Below are positions 62,787 to 64,000 of a DNA stretch of 64,000 nucleotides, piece after piece; position 1 is the first letter of the stretch; the number at the start of each line of letters is the position of its first letter. The stretch covers positions 33,386 through 97,385 of IMG/VR virus record IMGVR_UViG_3300034101_003081, one strand, 5' to 3'. A model generated the notes under the pieces. The model searched no databases and was not told the DNA's origin. It saw only the letters and a list, made by a program, of their open reading frames with translations. The position numbers were made by a program, and so were the translations under genes. This DNA comes from a virus.

Positions 62787-63110
62787 TCAAGCGGGTTTTG
62801 CTCCCTGCCGCCTCTCTAAGTATCTCGCCGCGTCTTCTCGCACATGCGGGTTTGATATCGTCCACGAAAGCAGGTGCCCGAAAACGAAGTGGCACGGCTC
62901 GCCGCACAGCGTGACAAGATTTCCTGGGTCAAGTTCCCGAGACGAGTCTTGGCTCACCGGGACAACGTGATGGACTTCTAGAGACTTGCCCCGCCCGCAG
63001 GCGATGCACGCTGGCTCCCTGGCGAGATGATCTCGACGAACGCGAGGCCACGAGCCTGACCTTGGAGAGCCGAACGACTCGACGGTGGCTCGCAGCCAGC
63101 GGAGGAGCAT
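62787..63110 (-). CDS. HNH endonuclease
   Basis: W..VR..HL...P.C..CG....LEVHH..P......ELD..NL.TLC...CH. Confidence 0.85.
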   Translation of the reverse strand: MLLRWLRATVESFGSPRSGSWPRVRRDHLAREPACIACGRGKSLEVHHVVPVSQDSSRELDPGNLVTLCGEPCHFVFGHLLSWTISNPHVREDAARYLERRQGAKPA

Positions 63111-63222
63111 CACTTCACCTGCCTCGCCCCCGCCACCCACCTCGGCGTATACGGGCAGTTGACGCATCGCCGTCCGCAGCAGCGGCCGTTTGCCATGAGC
63201 AAGGCGGCAGGGGTGGGGGTGG

Positions 63223-63690
63223 TCACAGCGTGGATGCCTCGCGGAACGCGACATCGACCTGGGCTTCGGTGAGCCCAAGAGCCGCAGCCATCTGCACGAG
63301 CCATGCGTGGGTTCGCTCAACGTGCGGGGCGTATTCCCATTCGACTCGCACGCTCTCCCGCGTCATAACGTCTTGGATGCCGTCGATGGCTGCATCGACC
63401 ATCGCGAGGCTGACGCCATGCGAGACGAGCCAGAGGCGAATCTGGCGGGCGGAAATGGAGTCGGGAATACTAGGCTCGTCTGGCAGCGGCTCATCGCCGG
63501 AATATGCGTATCCATCAGGCAGGGCAGCCAGGATGTCGGTTGAGTTTGGCCTGCCGCGCAGCGAATGAGTGACAAGCGGCGGCTGGCAGGTGCGAAAATC
63601 CTGCTCCGATGAAAACTCTTCTAGCGAGTAGCGACCGTCCATGATGGCGGTGACTACGGCAAATCGACTTTTGTGAGTAAATGTAATCAT
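63223..63690 (-). CDS. Tail-fibre-associated/chaperone-like protein
   Basis: ISARQIRLWL...EWEYA...ER.H..L..MA..LGLT..QVD..F.EA. Confidence 0.55.
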   Translation of the reverse strand: MITFTHKSRFAVVTAIMDGRYSLEEFSSEQDFRTCQPPLVTHSLRGRPNSTDILAALPDGYAYSGDEPLPDEPSIPDSISARQIRLWLVSHGVSLAMVDAAIDGIQDVMTRESVRVEWEYAPHVERTHAWLVQMAAALGLTEAQVDVAFREASTL

Positions 63691-63714
63691 GTATTAATTC
63701 TCCTATTCGCTTTG

Positions 63715-64000
63715 TTAGAACTTGTTGAAATATGCAGACAACAGGACGTTTACATCGAACGAACGACCGCCTCCGTAAATGCGCGCAGTCGTCGCGTTGG
63801 TTGGCACGCAAAACACGCGACCGTCCGGGAGCAGCACGCCACCGCCGTAGGCGGTGCCGCCTGGATACGAGCCGCTGGGCGTAGTGAGCGTGTTGGTGAC
63901 TGGGTCGTAAATGCGCGCAGTCGTCGCGCTGGCTGGCACGCAAAACACGCGACCGTCCGGGAGCAGCACGCCACCGAAGTAGGCGGCGCCGCCCGGATAC
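63715..64000 (-). CDS. Kelch-like beta-propeller repeat protein (5' end outside the window)
   Basis: Repeated GGVLLPDGRVFCVP....TARIY units of about 120 bp. Confidence 0.7.
   Translation of the reverse strand, partial: YPGGAAYFGGVLLPDGRVFCVPASATTARIYDPVTNTLTTPSGSYPGGTAYGGGVLLPDGRVFCVPTNATTARIYGGGRSFDVNVLLSAYFNKF

Overview
This is a 64 kb segment of a temperate, HK97-like siphovirus (phage or prophage). The host is probably a planctomycete, based on a DUF1559-style prepilin N-terminus. Almost all genes lie on the minus strand. From left to right it contains: three paralogous genes plus a MoxR-type AAA+ ATPase; a Ro60/TROVE gene preceded by two Y-RNA-like hairpins with their own promoter; an HTH gene divergent from a tyrosine recombinase; nucleotide-metabolism genes; a tail module; a head module; the terminase, tandem repeats and an HNH gene; tail-fibre-like genes; and an accessory region of small ORFs. 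Four observations stand out. (1) An array of 14 integron attC-like sites (53.4-61.1 kb) whose core boxes pair between the two ends of each cassette; the genes run antisense to normal cassette orientation, and six of them take their RBS, ATG and N-terminus from the attC itself. (2) The terminase large subunit Walker A motif is interrupted in frame by a 51-nt hairpin carrying a UAG and bounded by matched GGC codons, a candidate ribosomal bypass or mini-intron. (3) A Cys/Gly tag repeated about 14 times separates enzyme-like modules in the portal, a 2.9k-aa polyprotein, the prohead protease and a 638-aa protein, suggesting protease-released cargo. (4) A phage Ro60 plus minimal Y-RNA-like pair. All family assignments come from motif recognition by eye; no database searches were run.
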